From positions 3,596,001-3,660,000 of the forward strand of contig SMSO01000025.1 of NCBI GenBank assembly GCA_004764695.1: 64,000 nt of DNA, read 5' to 3'. Numbering within the stretch: the first letter of the stretch is position 1; each line of letters opens with the position of its first letter. Shown piece after piece: positions 10,694 to 22,898 of the stretch. The notes beneath the pieces were generated by a model. The model was not told where the DNA came from. It saw nothing but the letters and a program-made list of their open reading frames with translations, and ran no database searches. A program made the position numbers and the translations under genes. The DNA comes from Schizochytrium sp. TIO01. Lineage: Eukaryota; Protista; Bigyra: Labyrinthulomycetes.

Positions 10694-12331
10694 TTACTCT
10701 AACTGTTCCAAGCCAAAGCTTGCAACAGGATGCGTGACACGGTGCACTCGGCCATATAACTCAAGACAACCATCACCGCGAAGCTGAAATTGCCTTGCAA
10801 GATCAGCAAGAGATGGTAAAGGCTGAAGTTGCTGTAGGACTTGCTGCACTGGTGTATCAACGGCTGTTGACACATCCAACAATGGGTAGTGTCCAAAATT
10901 AGTCACAGTTGAAAGACTACTTTGCATAGGAGAGTGCGCTGACTTCGTTAGTACAGCGTCTACAAGCTCATTGACGTATTCTCCGATCGCTGGACTTGCA
11001 GTGAGACCTGTACTGCGAATACCAGCCACGGTTACCCACTTTGGTTTAACATTGGAGATTCTAATCTGGAAGTCGCGATGCTCAGTACTAGGTCGAAGAC
11101 CTGCATACGAGCCAACAAACTTTGCTCTCATATTGGTCTTCTCACCGAACGCTCCAGGTAAAATTCTGCTTATCCATGTTTGAAAGTCTTGCATGGTTTC
11201 CTTCTTTGTTGTCCGGTCAGTCTTTGATATTTGGTCCGTAGCAGTAGGTCCAACAATTAGGTTGCCATAAACAGTTTCCCAGGCAATAACTCCTTTCGTA
11301 AAGTGCGTAGGGACCGGCTCAATGATGCGGGTCAGCGATCCTGTAGCACGCCTGGGCAGCTTAAACACAGCAAATTCGCCTTTACGAGGTATGATGTTAA
11401 AATCCTCAGGCCTTTTCGCACCGCTCACTTCTAGGCGCTCCACATCATCTCCGTAGAGCCCTGCACAATTGATTACAGTTTGTGTTCTGATTAGATTCGG
11501 GATTTGATTGAAGCCACATGGCTGTGAGTACCTAGCTTGTGCATTATCAACGGTCAAGAGATCTTCATTTGGGAGACTACGGCAAGATGATGCTTGATTA
11601 GACTTTTCAATCTCTAAGGTCCATTTCTGGGTGGATTCATTATAATCTGTTGCTTTCACTTTGGTACTAGTGTATATTTGAGCTCCAAATCTTCGTGCAC
11701 TTTCAGCATATCCCATCGTAATAAGCCACGGTTCTACTACCATCTCATGTGGACAGAACACAGCTCCGAGAGCGTCATGAGAGAGTTCTGGTTCAAATTT
11801 GCGAAGTTCTTCAACCGATAAGACCCTAGCGTCGACGTCACCAGCAGCCCGATTATCTTCAAGAACCTGCCCTAGCTGCTCAAGCTGTTCCGGCGTCCAT
11901 GCTACGACTAGAGCACCTGTTTTACGGAAATGTTCATCCAACCGAAGTCCAAAGGACACTAAAAGACCTGGCATAAGCTGCAAAGATCTACGTAGCAGCT
12001 TTTGCTCTAGAGACCCTCCTAATGCGTCATAGCCAGTGCACGTAAGACCACTGTTTCCGCCAGAAGCACCTGCCGCCAACGCATCTTCCTGTTCAAGTAA
12101 AATAACTCGACGACCAGCAGCTGCGCACGCTCGAGCTGTTGCAAGGCCCACGACTCCACCACCTATGACTGCAACTTCGTATGCGTCGTCGTCGCTTTGT
12201 TCGTCCTTGCGGGCGAGTCCATGCAGGTGTATACTTGAGAGGGATACCAGCACAGATTGCCAGGATCCCCTGATCAACTCAGTTCTTTCAAGCTTAAACG
12301 ATCGCGCTGAGGCGACACGCCGGGCAATCAT
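10694..12331 (-). CDS. FAD-dependent oxidoreductase, DAO fold (LhgO / bacterial GlpA-like), probable mitochondrial presequence
   Basis: VAVIGGGVVG, GASGGNSG, VINCAGLYGD, PRKGEF, TKGV, GNLIVGPTA, YAGLRP, VAGIRSTGLTASPAIGEYV. The first in-frame ATG (12331) gives an Arg/Ser-rich start, MIARRVASARSF. Confidence 0.88.
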   Translation of the reverse strand: MIARRVASARSFKLERTELIRGSWQSVLVSLSSIHLHGLARKDEQSDDDAYEVAVIGGGVVGLATARACAAAGRRVILLEQEDALAAGASGGNSGLTCTGYDALGGSLEQKLLRRSLQLMPGLLVSFGLRLDEHFRKTGALVVAWTPEQLEQLGQVLEDNRAAGDVDARVLSVEELRKFEPELSHDALGAVFCPHEMVVEPWLITMGYAESARRFGAQIYTSTKVKATDYNESTQKWTLEIEKSNQASSCRSLPNEDLLTVDNAQARYSQPCGFNQIPNLIRTQTVINCAGLYGDDVERLEVSGAKRPEDFNIIPRKGEFAVFKLPRRATGSLTRIIEPVPTHFTKGVIAWETVYGNLIVGPTATDQISKTDRTTKKETMQDFQTWISRILPGAFGEKTNMRAKFVGSYAGLRPSTEHRDFQIRISNVKPKWVTVAGIRSTGLTASPAIGEYVNELVDAVLTKSAHSPMQSSLSTVTNFGHYPLLDVSTAVDTPVQQVLQQLQPLPSLADLARQFQLRGDGCLELYGRVHRVTHPVASFGLEQLE

Positions 12332-12802
12332 GGATTCCGCTAGGCGTGCTGGCTGGCTGGTGAACGTTTCTTTCGTGAGGGCCACGGAGTGGTTTTGCTT
12401 TGCTTCATGTCTTCTGCTCGATGGGGTTAAAGAAAAAATCAAAATGCCCAGGATCCATGTGATTGCTATTGAATAGCAAGCAGACAGAAATAGATAGATA
12501 GATAGATAGATATAGATATAGTCAGTCAGTCAGAAATGACCAACTCGAAACATTGCAGTCAGAAATACTCGCGTCTTTAAGCTGTCTAATCGCTTGTCTA
12601 ATAACATTGTATAAGAATGCCACAACCATTGAGAAATGCCGTACATTTATGCTTTCTTCTGCAACAACGAGATTCATCCCGTCATTGGGGATGTATGCAA
12701 AATCTTTGGTTGCCAAAAATCGCGCTCTATAGTGGGCTTTTGGTGATAAAAAAGACTATTGCTAGGTATAAAATTAAGTTTGCGTTGCCGGGTTCGTTTA
12801 TT

Positions 12803-13924
12803 TTACTCTGGGGTAGATGAAGGTTGCTTGACAGCCCAGAGTTCTGGTGTGGCCGTGTCGTGAATCATGGAAAGGGCCTCATTCATGTTAGCAAGTTCGA
12901 AACTAAGGTCCTCTCGAGGGTTGAAAATATCTTCAGTGTCAGAGCTATAGAACCACAGAGCGTGCTCTGCATCAGCGTAGCGTACACCCTTTGAAGGCCC
13001 AAAGTGAGCAGTTTCACTAGTCTGGATAATGACCTCCACAGCAAGAGCAAAGCCCTGATTCTCTCCTGTGGTAATCTGCCGAATGAATCGAGTATACAAA
13101 GTCCGGAGAAAATGAAGTTGCGCAGTGAGCCCATTCATGCCGAAAAATCGGAATAAGTTGCGGCTTTTCTCAAGAAGTTCAGGGTTGGTAGGGTCAACAG
13201 TGAGCAGCGGGACTGCGGTAGTAACAGTAACGTCATGAATATCATGAATCTCAACGAGACAGTCAGATTTAGGGATTTGGCGCAATTGTAAATCAAAGCA
13301 TGCAGCTAGCTGTGGTTTGACTTGCGCTTGGTGCTCGGCCTCAAAACATGGACGACCCTCACTAAAGGTATTAGCAACGAATCTGTAGGCTGCTTCTGCA
13401 CCCATTTGCACATCCTCAATGGAGTTCCCGAAGGCACGAAGAATATTACCAGGCGTAAGAATACGATCATTTTTGAATGAAGCAAGACGCTCTCGGGCTC
13501 GTGGTGTAACTTCCGATTTAACAATGTTTTGTGGTACGAGACCCCACGGCAGAATGGAAAAGGACGCGTCCCAGGGTTGGACGCGGCGTCCAACCCAGCG
13601 TTGATTTTTAGTGTAAATTCCACTATCGCGATCATGGTGGTCATCCTCATGAGGATGGTCGTGGTCTACGGAGAACTTATGCTTCGGGCTACTGTCAAGG
13701 AATAGAACTTGATGCTGTCGAATGATGTGTTTCTCTTTCTTTGTGACATGACGGTATGAGGATGGAGGTTGCCAGCGCGAAGCCAATAACGATGCTGCTG
13801 GTGCTGATGATGGCGTTGTTGTAGTGAGTGCAGGTAGATGAGTCTTTAAGTCCGCAACACGTGTCGTGGTCCATGGATGTGCGCGCTTCGGCACCTTGGA
13901 TGGGATTGTGAACGACCGATTCAT
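12803..13924 (-). CDS. Hypothetical protein, possibly a mitochondrial Tim44-like (MAIP1/Mba1-type) protein
   Basis: 373-codon ORF from the ATG at 13924, with a basic/hydroxyl-rich N-terminus. SIEDVQMGAEAAYRFVANTFS recalls the Tim44-like helix. The family call is tentative and the start is uncertain. Confidence 0.6.
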   Translation of the reverse strand: MNRSFTIPSKVPKRAHPWTTTRVADLKTHLPALTTTTPSSAPAASLLASRWQPPSSYRHVTKKEKHIIRQHQVLFLDSSPKHKFSVDHDHPHEDDHHDRDSGIYTKNQRWVGRRVQPWDASFSILPWGLVPQNIVKSEVTPRARERLASFKNDRILTPGNILRAFGNSIEDVQMGAEAAYRFVANTFSEGRPCFEAEHQAQVKPQLAACFDLQLRQIPKSDCLVEIHDIHDVTVTTAVPLLTVDPTNPELLEKSRNLFRFFGMNGLTAQLHFLRTLYTRFIRQITTGENQGFALAVEVIIQTSETAHFGPSKGVRYADAEHALWFYSSDTEDIFNPREDLSFELANMNEALSMIHDTATPELWAVKQPSSTPE

Positions 13925-16900
13925 GGTGATCTCCCTAAACACCCTTTTTATTTCAAGAAATAGAACCCAAAAGTGGAGATAAACGAAGAAGAATGTTCCT
14001 CGATGGTGATGTTCGTGCAGATGATCACTTTCTGTAGCTCGATCGAGAGCTCTCCTTGCTCGGGTAAAGCAGTCTCAGCTGTGGCAAGGAACCGGCCGTT
14101 CGCGACTTGAGTCTCCTCAGCGACGTGCGAGTGAAGTCCTCCTCAACCAGGTTCGACCCAGTTGCCGTGCAGCCAACGTAGATCGATGGTCACGTTCCGG
14201 AGAAACGCACCGCTGGTTCAAGATTTGCAAGAGACCCTGAATAAGACAACCAGTCGCGTACAGCGGCTCTGAAAGCACTGCTTAATCGGCCTCAGCACCT
14301 CTGCGACTGCTCCGCGGAATGCAGGAAGAAGATGAGCACTTTACATAGTGCTGCTATTTTGATAGATACTTAGGTAGGTAGCAATTCTATTTCTTCTCAA
14401 CCCGTGCCTCCTATGAACGTGCCTAATTGAAACCTTAAGACCTAGTCAGAGTTATTGGGCACTAGAGTGACATCCCGCTGTATTACATTTAGTGTGAAGC
14501 TCTCCATGACTAGTCGAGATACCTAAGCATATTGAACTTGGAGGCTTGGACTCGGACGTTCCAATTAGGGATGTTCCGTTCCTTGCATCGTTACACAAGA
14601 AGGAATTTCCTGTTCCTCTTTGAGTGCCACGAAGAAGGTAACTAGGTAGGTAGTAGGTAGAGTAGGTACATGAGTAATTAGTCTACTTCAACGCAGTATT
14701 ATTTCTGTTCTTGTTCTTTTGCTCTAAATGTTGGTTCTGAGACCTGGTCGTTGGCAACGTGTACAGACGGCTTGGTACATTGCATTGACTGTCTTCTTCA
14801 TGAATGCTGGTTCACATAGTCTCCTCGCTTAGGACATTGATTTTCATGTGCATGATCTCTGAAAGTACACATTGGAAAGAATGAAAGTTTGGCATGAGAA
14901 AATCTACTCGAGCCAGGAGAATGACAATCCTGGTTTACCGTATTCCCGGAGGTATTTCCAGGCAATTGAATAAGAAAGACAAATCAGAGGATTCCTGTTG
15001 CTGACTTGCGAAATCTACCGTTGGCTCACTCCACAAACGCCATGATCAAATGATACTCTGTCTGATTTGATCACCAGCTAGCAACTTAACTTATTGAAGA
15101 TAATTTATACTATCACCGATTAAATCTACGTATTGTGCAACATCGGATGTTCGAAGTGTTGCAAACTGTCTTGTTTTTCTACTTTCATCAAATTTTGTCG
15201 TGCTTTTATTGCAACAATGGACAAGCTGTGTATTTTCTAATATTATCTACGGAGGGCTGGCTATAGAACCTACCTGTGGAATGATTTGTCGATGCTGATA
15301 ATCAAATGCCAACTGCAACGGGATTGCATGGGTATTACATGACTTCTCTTCGAAAGGTGTGGTATTGTTCTGGTCAGACATATTTTTTCTCCACATGGAG
15401 TTGTCCGATAGTTCTTATTAACACCACGTGTAATGTTGAGGTATATGCCAGAATCATTATCGGCTTATTCAACGGCATAATTACATTTCTTTCTTCTGTT
15501 TAACCCACGTCGCCAAACGTATGCTTGAAAGAGGTTCTTTCATAAACTTCATCATCACATTGCTCAACCCAAAATACATAGGTATTGTTGGCATCGATGT
15601 TGCATTCAGCTCTGTAGCCCATTAGAATTTTAACTGATCTGAGTAACACTGATTTCGAAAGTACAACAAAGACATACGACAAAATTAGTTCGTCTTGGGA
15701 GGACATCTACGCTGCAGTGAGATCAAGTCCCTGTCGATCTTATCCTACAGTTTCCCAAGTTCGCTCCTATGCTTGAGGGAGTTCACAGAATTGATAACAA
15801 TGTGCATTCTACATATGGTTCATGGCAGAAGAATGCGACTTTGTGGAGCTTAAATCCAGTTCTGGGTGAAGTGCTCTTGATTCTGCGAGACCGCACGATG
15901 AGTATGTCTGGTTCATTTAAGATGAGTACGCTGAGAACTATGGTTCCAGTTGATCTGTGTGCTGTCTATAAGATCATTTGACTTCATACGTTCTTATCGC
16001 ATACGTGGTTGAGCTCATCGTTTATTGCAGGTCTGAAAGTTGATTTTATGAAGCCAACTGAGTTTCAATAATATTATAAAACAAATCTGACAGACAAAGG
16101 CAAGTTAGGTATGTGGTTCAGTCGTAGGTGAGCCTAAGAATCCAATCAATCAATTCAATTTGAGGATGATACAAGTTTCAAAATACAAAGTTATTGGTCT
16201 CATGCACCTCCAGCTTTAAACCTAAGTAAAGTAAACGCTGAGGCAAATAAAGTGTCGCTGAGAAGCCAGAGCACGTGGTTCATGAGTATAAGAGCAGAAG
16301 TGAGATACACTAGTTCGTTTTTTGAAAGACTTCGCGCTAATAGCGATATGGATTCGTGTTAGTTAAAATCCATCAAAGTTCTTCCTTTAGGCCAAGTTGT
16401 CTAGAATCAAACGATACGGAGCAGTGGTGCACTTTCTGCTACTGAAGAACAGTGCCTTGCTTCACTTCTAAATTGAAGCGGCCCCTGTCCCCATCATTCA
16501 TGCTCATCAACTTCGCGCACATTCTTCAAAGCACATCACACCTTTTCATTCTTTCTGTGTGGCAATCTAGGCAAGGGACAGATAGCCATCGTACTCATAG
16601 CCAAGCCAAGGTACTTCTACCGTAAAATGTATATATTTATCTACTAAATACACTAAGAAAGGTTCGCCGAGCACTAGCACATGGCTACTATACTGATTGC
16701 GTAGATAGTTCTACTAATTGGATGCCTTCGGCAGATCTGGCGAATATCTGCGCAACGCCAAAGTATAAACTTGGGACTCTTCACAAGCTTCTCCTACCCC
16801 CTTTGAAAGCACGTATTGTCTGTGATAAGCTGGGGGCCAGAAAGATACGAGGGTTATTTCAGGACATATGAATAAGGAGGTACGGCAGCGCACTAGGGTT

Positions 16901-17150
16901 TCTTGCCCTCGTCAGGCTGCGCGAGGCCGAGCGAGACCTGAAGCATAAGCCCCCCAAAGCTCGTAGAGGAGATGGATTCTGCTGCCTGGATGTCTTTCCT
17001 GATATCTACAGCAGTCCCAATGGCTCTGCAGCTGCCACAGCCCGATCCGGGCGCGTGAGCTTCCCAGCCATTTAAGGCGGCAGCATGTGCGGCTAGGAGC
17101 TCGTGTTCCGTTCTCTTCAAATCGTTCTTTCAGAAATACCAGAAACAGTA

Positions 17151-17167
17151 GGGGTCCTTAGGACCCC
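17151..17167. repeat. Palindrome GGGGTCCT-T-AGGACCCC
   Basis: 8-bp perfect arms with a 1-nt spacer, inside a GC-rich patch upstream of SERBP1. Confidence 0.5.
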
Positions 17168-18884
17168 CGGGTCAGTGTTGCGGCGGCCTATAACCTATAG
17201 TAGAACCGATTTGATCTACAGTGATTTTCTCAGACAAGTGAAGTATTGGTGAGCGCAAAGTGGAGTATAGACCCCCGGAATGGGTGGAAAGCCAGGCGTG
17301 GGGTGTGTAGGGTATCCTATTATAAACGTTAGGACTTCACCGCCGCTCACTGGCCTTGCGCTTTTTGCCTGAGTTTGCGATCTCTTTCTTTACTGTGATA
17401 TATTTTATAAATAAAAGGATAAAAATAAGTTGGAAAGATGAAAAAACTCATTCATGATTCATGCGAAAGAGGTGGCTCGGGCAAAGCGTGGGTCGGATTT
17501 TCACCTCGGTGCGGGAGTTGTGCGAGGCTCGTGGGGGGCTCAACGATCCTTTTTGTGGTTGTTTCTGAAGTTGCTTCGAAGTTTTGCAATCATCGCAGCT
17601 TGATGACTAACATGCTGTTTGTTTTTTGTTTTTTCTATTCTTTTCTATTCTTTCTTTCTTTCTTTCTTTCTAAAGAAAAAGAAAAAGAAAAAGAAAATGC
17701 AAATGAAAAGAAGAAATCGCAGACATCTGCTCTGTGCGCACCTCCGCGCCTATCTACGGGTTGTTTCTTTGCTAGCTAGCTGACTTGGTTTCCTTCAGTC
17801 CGCTGCTTACTGTCACCCCACGGTCAAGCTCGGCCTCTTGGCTCGATAAGCTATCGAATCAACGCAGCGAAGTGAAAACCTTCACCATCTTGCAACACGT
17901 ACCAAAGAATCAGCACATACTGTAATAGACAAAACCACCTCTCTAAAAAACGAATCATTGTGTGAGCGAGTGAGCGAATAAACGAATGAATCAATGAATC
18001 ATCAATGAACCAATGAAGGATTGAACACACGAAGGATAAATCGATGCTCGTGCACCACCTTGGCAACTCCAAGGCACTGAGGCCAGCTGACCTCGATCCT
18101 TTCCAGCGGTACGTTTTCACAATCGACCGATGCATCACTCGATCGGCAATCACTCCAAACAGCGAACCTGAAATGAGTGAACGCAAAGAAATAGATGGAT
18201 ACCCGTAAAAAAGCCAATGAAAGCCAAGTTGAAGACGCTAGCCAAGGGCTAAGAGAACCCTAGGCAGCCTCTAGGTGCGCTTATTCACAACGTAGTACCA
18301 TACTCACTGGATAAAACGCTTTGATAATTAAAAAGAAAGAAGAAAACAACATAAAAAACACGCGACAACTTCGACGGTCAACCTCGAGCGAGCACATGGA
18401 GATAGGCGGCAGCTCCGTCAAGACCGGCGACGATGCAATTCAACTCTGCTCGCAATAGACGCCCATCGACACGGCCGTTGCTTCTCTGCTTCTCTCCAAT
18501 CCATGCTGCCTTCGGGGGCTTTATTTTTCTTTAAGCTTTTTTTTTTTTTTTTTTTTTTCATAGCTTATCGCCAATCAAAAAACCTTGGCCTAGGGATTGC
18601 CCCATGTGGTCGCTAGGGGTACCGGCGAACGAAGAGAATGATGAAGGGAGCTAATAGCTGTCTATCTAATAGTTGCTCACGTTATTATAGTCACCAATTG
18701 CTTATGGTGAGTAAGAGGAGTACTAATTTATGAATGAATGATTCATAAGAGGAAAAGAGAGGATGGGTAATATGGGTAATATGAGGGTTGGCTTAGTTTA
18801 ATGATTTGATTGTTTACTTACTTACTTACTTAATTACTTACTTCTATGGTGATGTTTAAGAGAGAGAGAGCATCCATCCACAGC

Positions 18885-18951
18885 TTTGATTGTTTGATTG
18901 TTTGTTTATTTGTTTATTGTTTGTTTGTTTGAATGTTTGTTTGATTGATTG

Positions 18952-18985
<34 letters not shown>

Positions 18986-19072
18986 TGATTGATTGATTAT
19001 TGATTGATTGATTGATTGAGTCTTAGTTAGTAAGAAGGCAGCAAGCAAGCAAAAGCAAGCAAGAGCAGCAAG
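18885..19072 (+). repeat. Compound microsatellite (GTTT)n/(GATT)n/(GCAA)n, probably inside a 5'-UTR intron of SERBP1
   Basis: Tandem 4-mers seen directly. GTGAGT donor-like site at 18707 and several AG acceptor candidates at 19087-19111. Confidence 0.75.
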
Positions 19073-19126
19073 TCTCGATCCCGCTAGCTAGGTTGCGCTC
19101 CAGACGCACAGCCCGCCGCGTGCACG

Positions 19127-20044
19127 ATGAGCAGCGCTAACTTCTTCTCGGCGCTTGACGCCGACTCTGACGATGGCCGCAAGCAGGCCCGCGCCCCCAA
19201 GCAGCAGGCTGCCGCCGCTGCTCCCGTCGCTAAGGCCCCCAAGGCTGTAGCCAAGCCCGCTGTGGCCGCCTCATCCGCCGCAGCCAAGCCCGCCCAGCGC
19301 GGCGGCGCCCGCGGCGGCGCCCGCGGAGGCCGCGGCCGTGGCCGTGGTGGCCGTGGTGGCCAGGGTGGACGCCCCCCTAAGCGTGAGTACGACCGCCGCA
19401 GCGGCACCGGCCGCGGCAAGGAGGGCAAGAAGCAGGGCGCTGGCGGCCACAACTGGGGCAAGGCCGGCGAGAGCGATGAGACCAACGCCGCCGAGGAGGT
19501 CAACGCCGAGAACGCCGCCGTCAAGGAGGAGGGTGTCAACCAGCCGGAGGACGCCAAGGCCGAGGAGAACGGTGTTGAGCAGCAGGTCGAGGAGGAGGAC
19601 GACAAGGAGATGACCCTCGAGCAGTACGCCGCCCTCCAGGCTGAGAAGCGCAGCGGAAAGAACTTCGAGAAGGTTGAGCTCCGCAAGGGTGAGGCCCCTA
19701 CTGAGGGCACCGCCTACTCCAAGGCTGACATCGAGGATGAGTCCTTCATCAAGATGGGCGCTGCCAAGAAGAACAAGTCCAAGAAGCGCCAGGCCCAGAA
19801 GGTCATGGTCGAGTCCAACATCACCTTTAACGACTCCTCTGCTGCTGAGGCCCCCGTCGCTCCCCGTGGCGGCCGTGGTGGCCGTGGCGGCCGCGGTGGT
19901 CGCGGTGGTCGTGGCGGCCGTGGCGGTCGCGGTGGCCGTGGCGGACGCCCCGCTCAGGCTGCCGAGGGTGGTGCTCCCCGTGCTCCCCGCGGTGGTGCTC
20001 GCCTCGACACCGCTGATGCCGAGGCCTTCCCCGCTCTCTCCTAA
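19127..20044 (+). CDS. SERBP1/HABP4/Stm1-family RGG mRNA/ribosome-binding protein
   Basis: N-terminal NFFSALD, KREYDRRSGTGRG-KKQGAGGHNWG, EMTLEQY, two RGG boxes, C-terminal FPALS. Highly biased codon usage. Confidence 0.93.
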   Translation: MSSANFFSALDADSDDGRKQARAPKQQAAAAAPVAKAPKAVAKPAVAASSAAAKPAQRGGARGGARGGRGRGRGGRGGQGGRPPKREYDRRSGTGRGKEGKKQGAGGHNWGKAGESDETNAAEEVNAENAAVKEEGVNQPEDAKAEENGVEQQVEEEDDKEMTLEQYAALQAEKRSGKNFEKVELRKGEAPTEGTAYSKADIEDESFIKMGAAKKNKSKKRQAQKVMVESNITFNDSSAAEAPVAPRGGRGGRGGRGGRGGRGGRGGRGGRGGRPAQAAEGGAPRAPRGGARLDTADAEAFPALS

Positions 20045-22837
20045 GCGCGAAGAAGCTGAATAGGTGAGCGAGGAGTGAGAAGGGCTTGAGAATGAGCAAG
20101 ATAAGCCTGCAGAGATGCCAATTTGAGTGGCGTTTGCAGTGCGTGATCTTAGAGGTTACCTCGCTCTGTCCTTTCTTCTTGCCATTCTCCCTTCCTTACC
20201 TCTATCCTTCCCTGTCTCCTTCCATTATGAGGTTTTATGCTTCCGTGTGGAGGGGAAGGGCTGAAAAGGAATTCATTTACTCTCTATTCGCAACGTCAGC
20301 TTTGCACCGCTTTATCGTTTTTTAATTTATCAAGCGCAAGCTGCGGTGAAGTTGGTGTTATCGAACCAGACTACATAAAAAACCATATTTTACTACTCGT
20401 GAGTCATCTGTCGTTTCGTTTATATCTTTAATGGGGTGTCCCTTGTTTGCTGTACTTTGTTGGATTGTCTTATAGAGAACGCAAGTTGATTGTGGCTTTT
20501 TTTTTTTTTTTGCTAAGATCACTTTGAATGCTTTTGGCAAACTCAATGATCGTTTCGCCACCCAACTATTGTTGGTTCTGAAACTGTCTACGTGTCTATC
20601 TAAGCACTACTGCTCAGAGTATTCTCTGCTGCCTATCTAGTAGAGCAATCCTGATTCTTGAATACCATGGAATCTCTTCTATTTGTATTTCATTTGGCCT
20701 ACTTGCCCTCCCTGACAGCTCTACTACCTGCTATGTTATTGTCATAATTTGTTAATGTATGCCCGAGAAACAGACCTCAAGAAAAAGTACGATTTCTGAG
20801 CCGGTATCTAGTTAGTATTCCTCCTATGCTTCGCCATGTGTTTTTCCGTCTCGGGACTCACATTGTAAACGAATATAACTTCCTCCTTTTCCTGATCTCA
20901 TTGATCAATATCTTCACATAACCATTTCATAGTCTCGTAGGGGTAGCATTTCTATGCTGTAGCATGACAATTGTATTAAAATACTTCATAGCTCGAAAAC
21001 ATATGGATTCACTCATGAATTAATCTATTTGATATTATGAAACCCTGTGCTATAGTATGGTGAATTAACGGCACGTGCGACATTAAAAACTATGATTATT
21101 CAAGATAACATAGTAATTTTCATGTTTATCTGCCAGAGTGAAAGCAGATAACACCAGAAGATGCATTGTTGTACTAAGTCTTATATGAACATCCCAATGC
21201 TTGACTAGGTTAGGGTACATATTATCCTTCAAATCAATAGAAACTGTAAAAGAATATAGAATATAAAGATGAAGAAATTGAAAGAATTGGCAGCGCTTGT
21301 ATCTTTCCGATGAGACAATGCGCAATTATAGGGGCCGGTACGGTTTGAACATCTTGAAAAAGATACTGGAAGCGTCGGAGTTTTGCGTCCACTGGTTTAT
21401 TGCAAAATGAAGTCTGCACCATCCTGCCTGCAACTTCTAGAGTAGAAAGGTGCAGTAAAGCACCGCTCATAACTTAAGGGTATTGTAATATATAATATAT
21501 CTTTGGCGCACTCGGAGAGAGTTCTTAAAAGGGTTATGAGCTTGTGGACTGATTGAAATTAAAGTCATCCAAAAGTACATATTCAAGAATTGACTTTCTC
21601 TTGTAAAAAGAATCCTTCTTACTCCTGGCGTGATTTCCTGTTGCTATATCATACTATTAATTATGAAATAGGTTATTTGGGTTTACATAATCAGCGCTTT
21701 TGATGTTTGCAGATGGTTATGTTTTTTTTTTGTTTTTCTCTCAAGACTCGGATGAATGAGTTTCATAAGCTGCACCAATTTACGTTGAACATCTTGCTCT
21801 AGAAATAGTACGAAACAAGGCTTTAAAGAGGACAGCTCTACCAGCTGCACATGTCCAAGGGATTTTTCCGCGTTGCTAGTCCTTTGTTGCCTGTTGGTCA
21901 GACTAGTAGACTAATACTTAGTACCTTCTTTTCTATGTAAAGGTTGTTCTGTGGTGTGACTTAGAAAGGAGGTACGTACCAATACGTATTTTAGCCAGTT
22001 GGCTTCGAGAGGACAAGTGCGAGTGCGAGCTGGTGAAGTGACAAAGACGCACTCTATACTGTACGCCATATTCCGTGCCAAAGCATCGATCTCGTACGAA
22101 AACGTCTCGAATCAAAATTATTGCCAATGATGTACATGGCGGGAATCAACACGTACATACTAATAATAGTCCCCTCCGTCTAATAAGGACACATGATTTC
22201 GGTCTTTGGACTATACATTACGAGAAAATTCTATATAGTGCTAGTTACCACACCAGTTTTTAATAGGTAGGTAGATAGCTAAGGTTGGTAGTCAGTTAGG
22301 CACATCTAATGATAGGCTGCAAATACAATAGTAGGAACCAACACGGTGTATGAGCATTCGAGAAGAGCTTGCGATAAATCAAAGGTTGACCTAGTATAAA
22401 TTCCGCTAAGTAAAGAAACCAAATATACTATAAGACCATCACAAACCTGTAATTCTCTCTATGGACGAGAGCTAGAACGCGCGCAGATGGAGTTAATTTG
22501 ACTCAAGTAACCAGGGCGACATGTTAGACATGCCAAAAATAGGTTACGTTGCCAACTTACTTAGGGCAAAATGCAATTCATGATGGTTGCATTTGAAGAA
22601 AAGAAGCATAAAACACAGCTGGACAGATAATTGATTTAAATTTCTATAACGGAGAAGGAGATTTATTGTGTGGGTGCTGTTTTCAGATCACAAAGGATAC
22701 TAGACAGCAGATTAACAACAGGTGAACAAAAGATTGAGTAGTTTACAAACAACAATAAGGGGGCGTGTGAAGACGCATACCTACGCAATTGCAGGCGGAG
22801 TTATGTAAGTATATGTGTGATTCATGTTGAACATGTG

Positions 22838-22863
22838 TGGTTGGGTTGGGTTGGGTTGGGTTG
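22838..22863. repeat. (GGTTG)n pentamer repeat just 3' of AP2 gene 1
   Basis: ggttgggttgggttgggttgggttg seen directly. Confidence 0.8.
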
Positions 22864-22898
22864 TAGCATAATAGATTCCACTGGATTTCTCTCACTTC

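Noticed and set aside
14800-16000. Possibly coding-like intergenic stretch
   Set aside because: Short frames with frequent stops and no recognisable family motif.
18638-18720. ATGATGA as a box C/D snoRNA C box
   Set aside because: No suitably placed CTGA D box or terminal stem.
19084-20099. Overlapping ORFs around SERBP1
   Set aside because: Artefacts of GC-rich, codon-biased RGG repeats.
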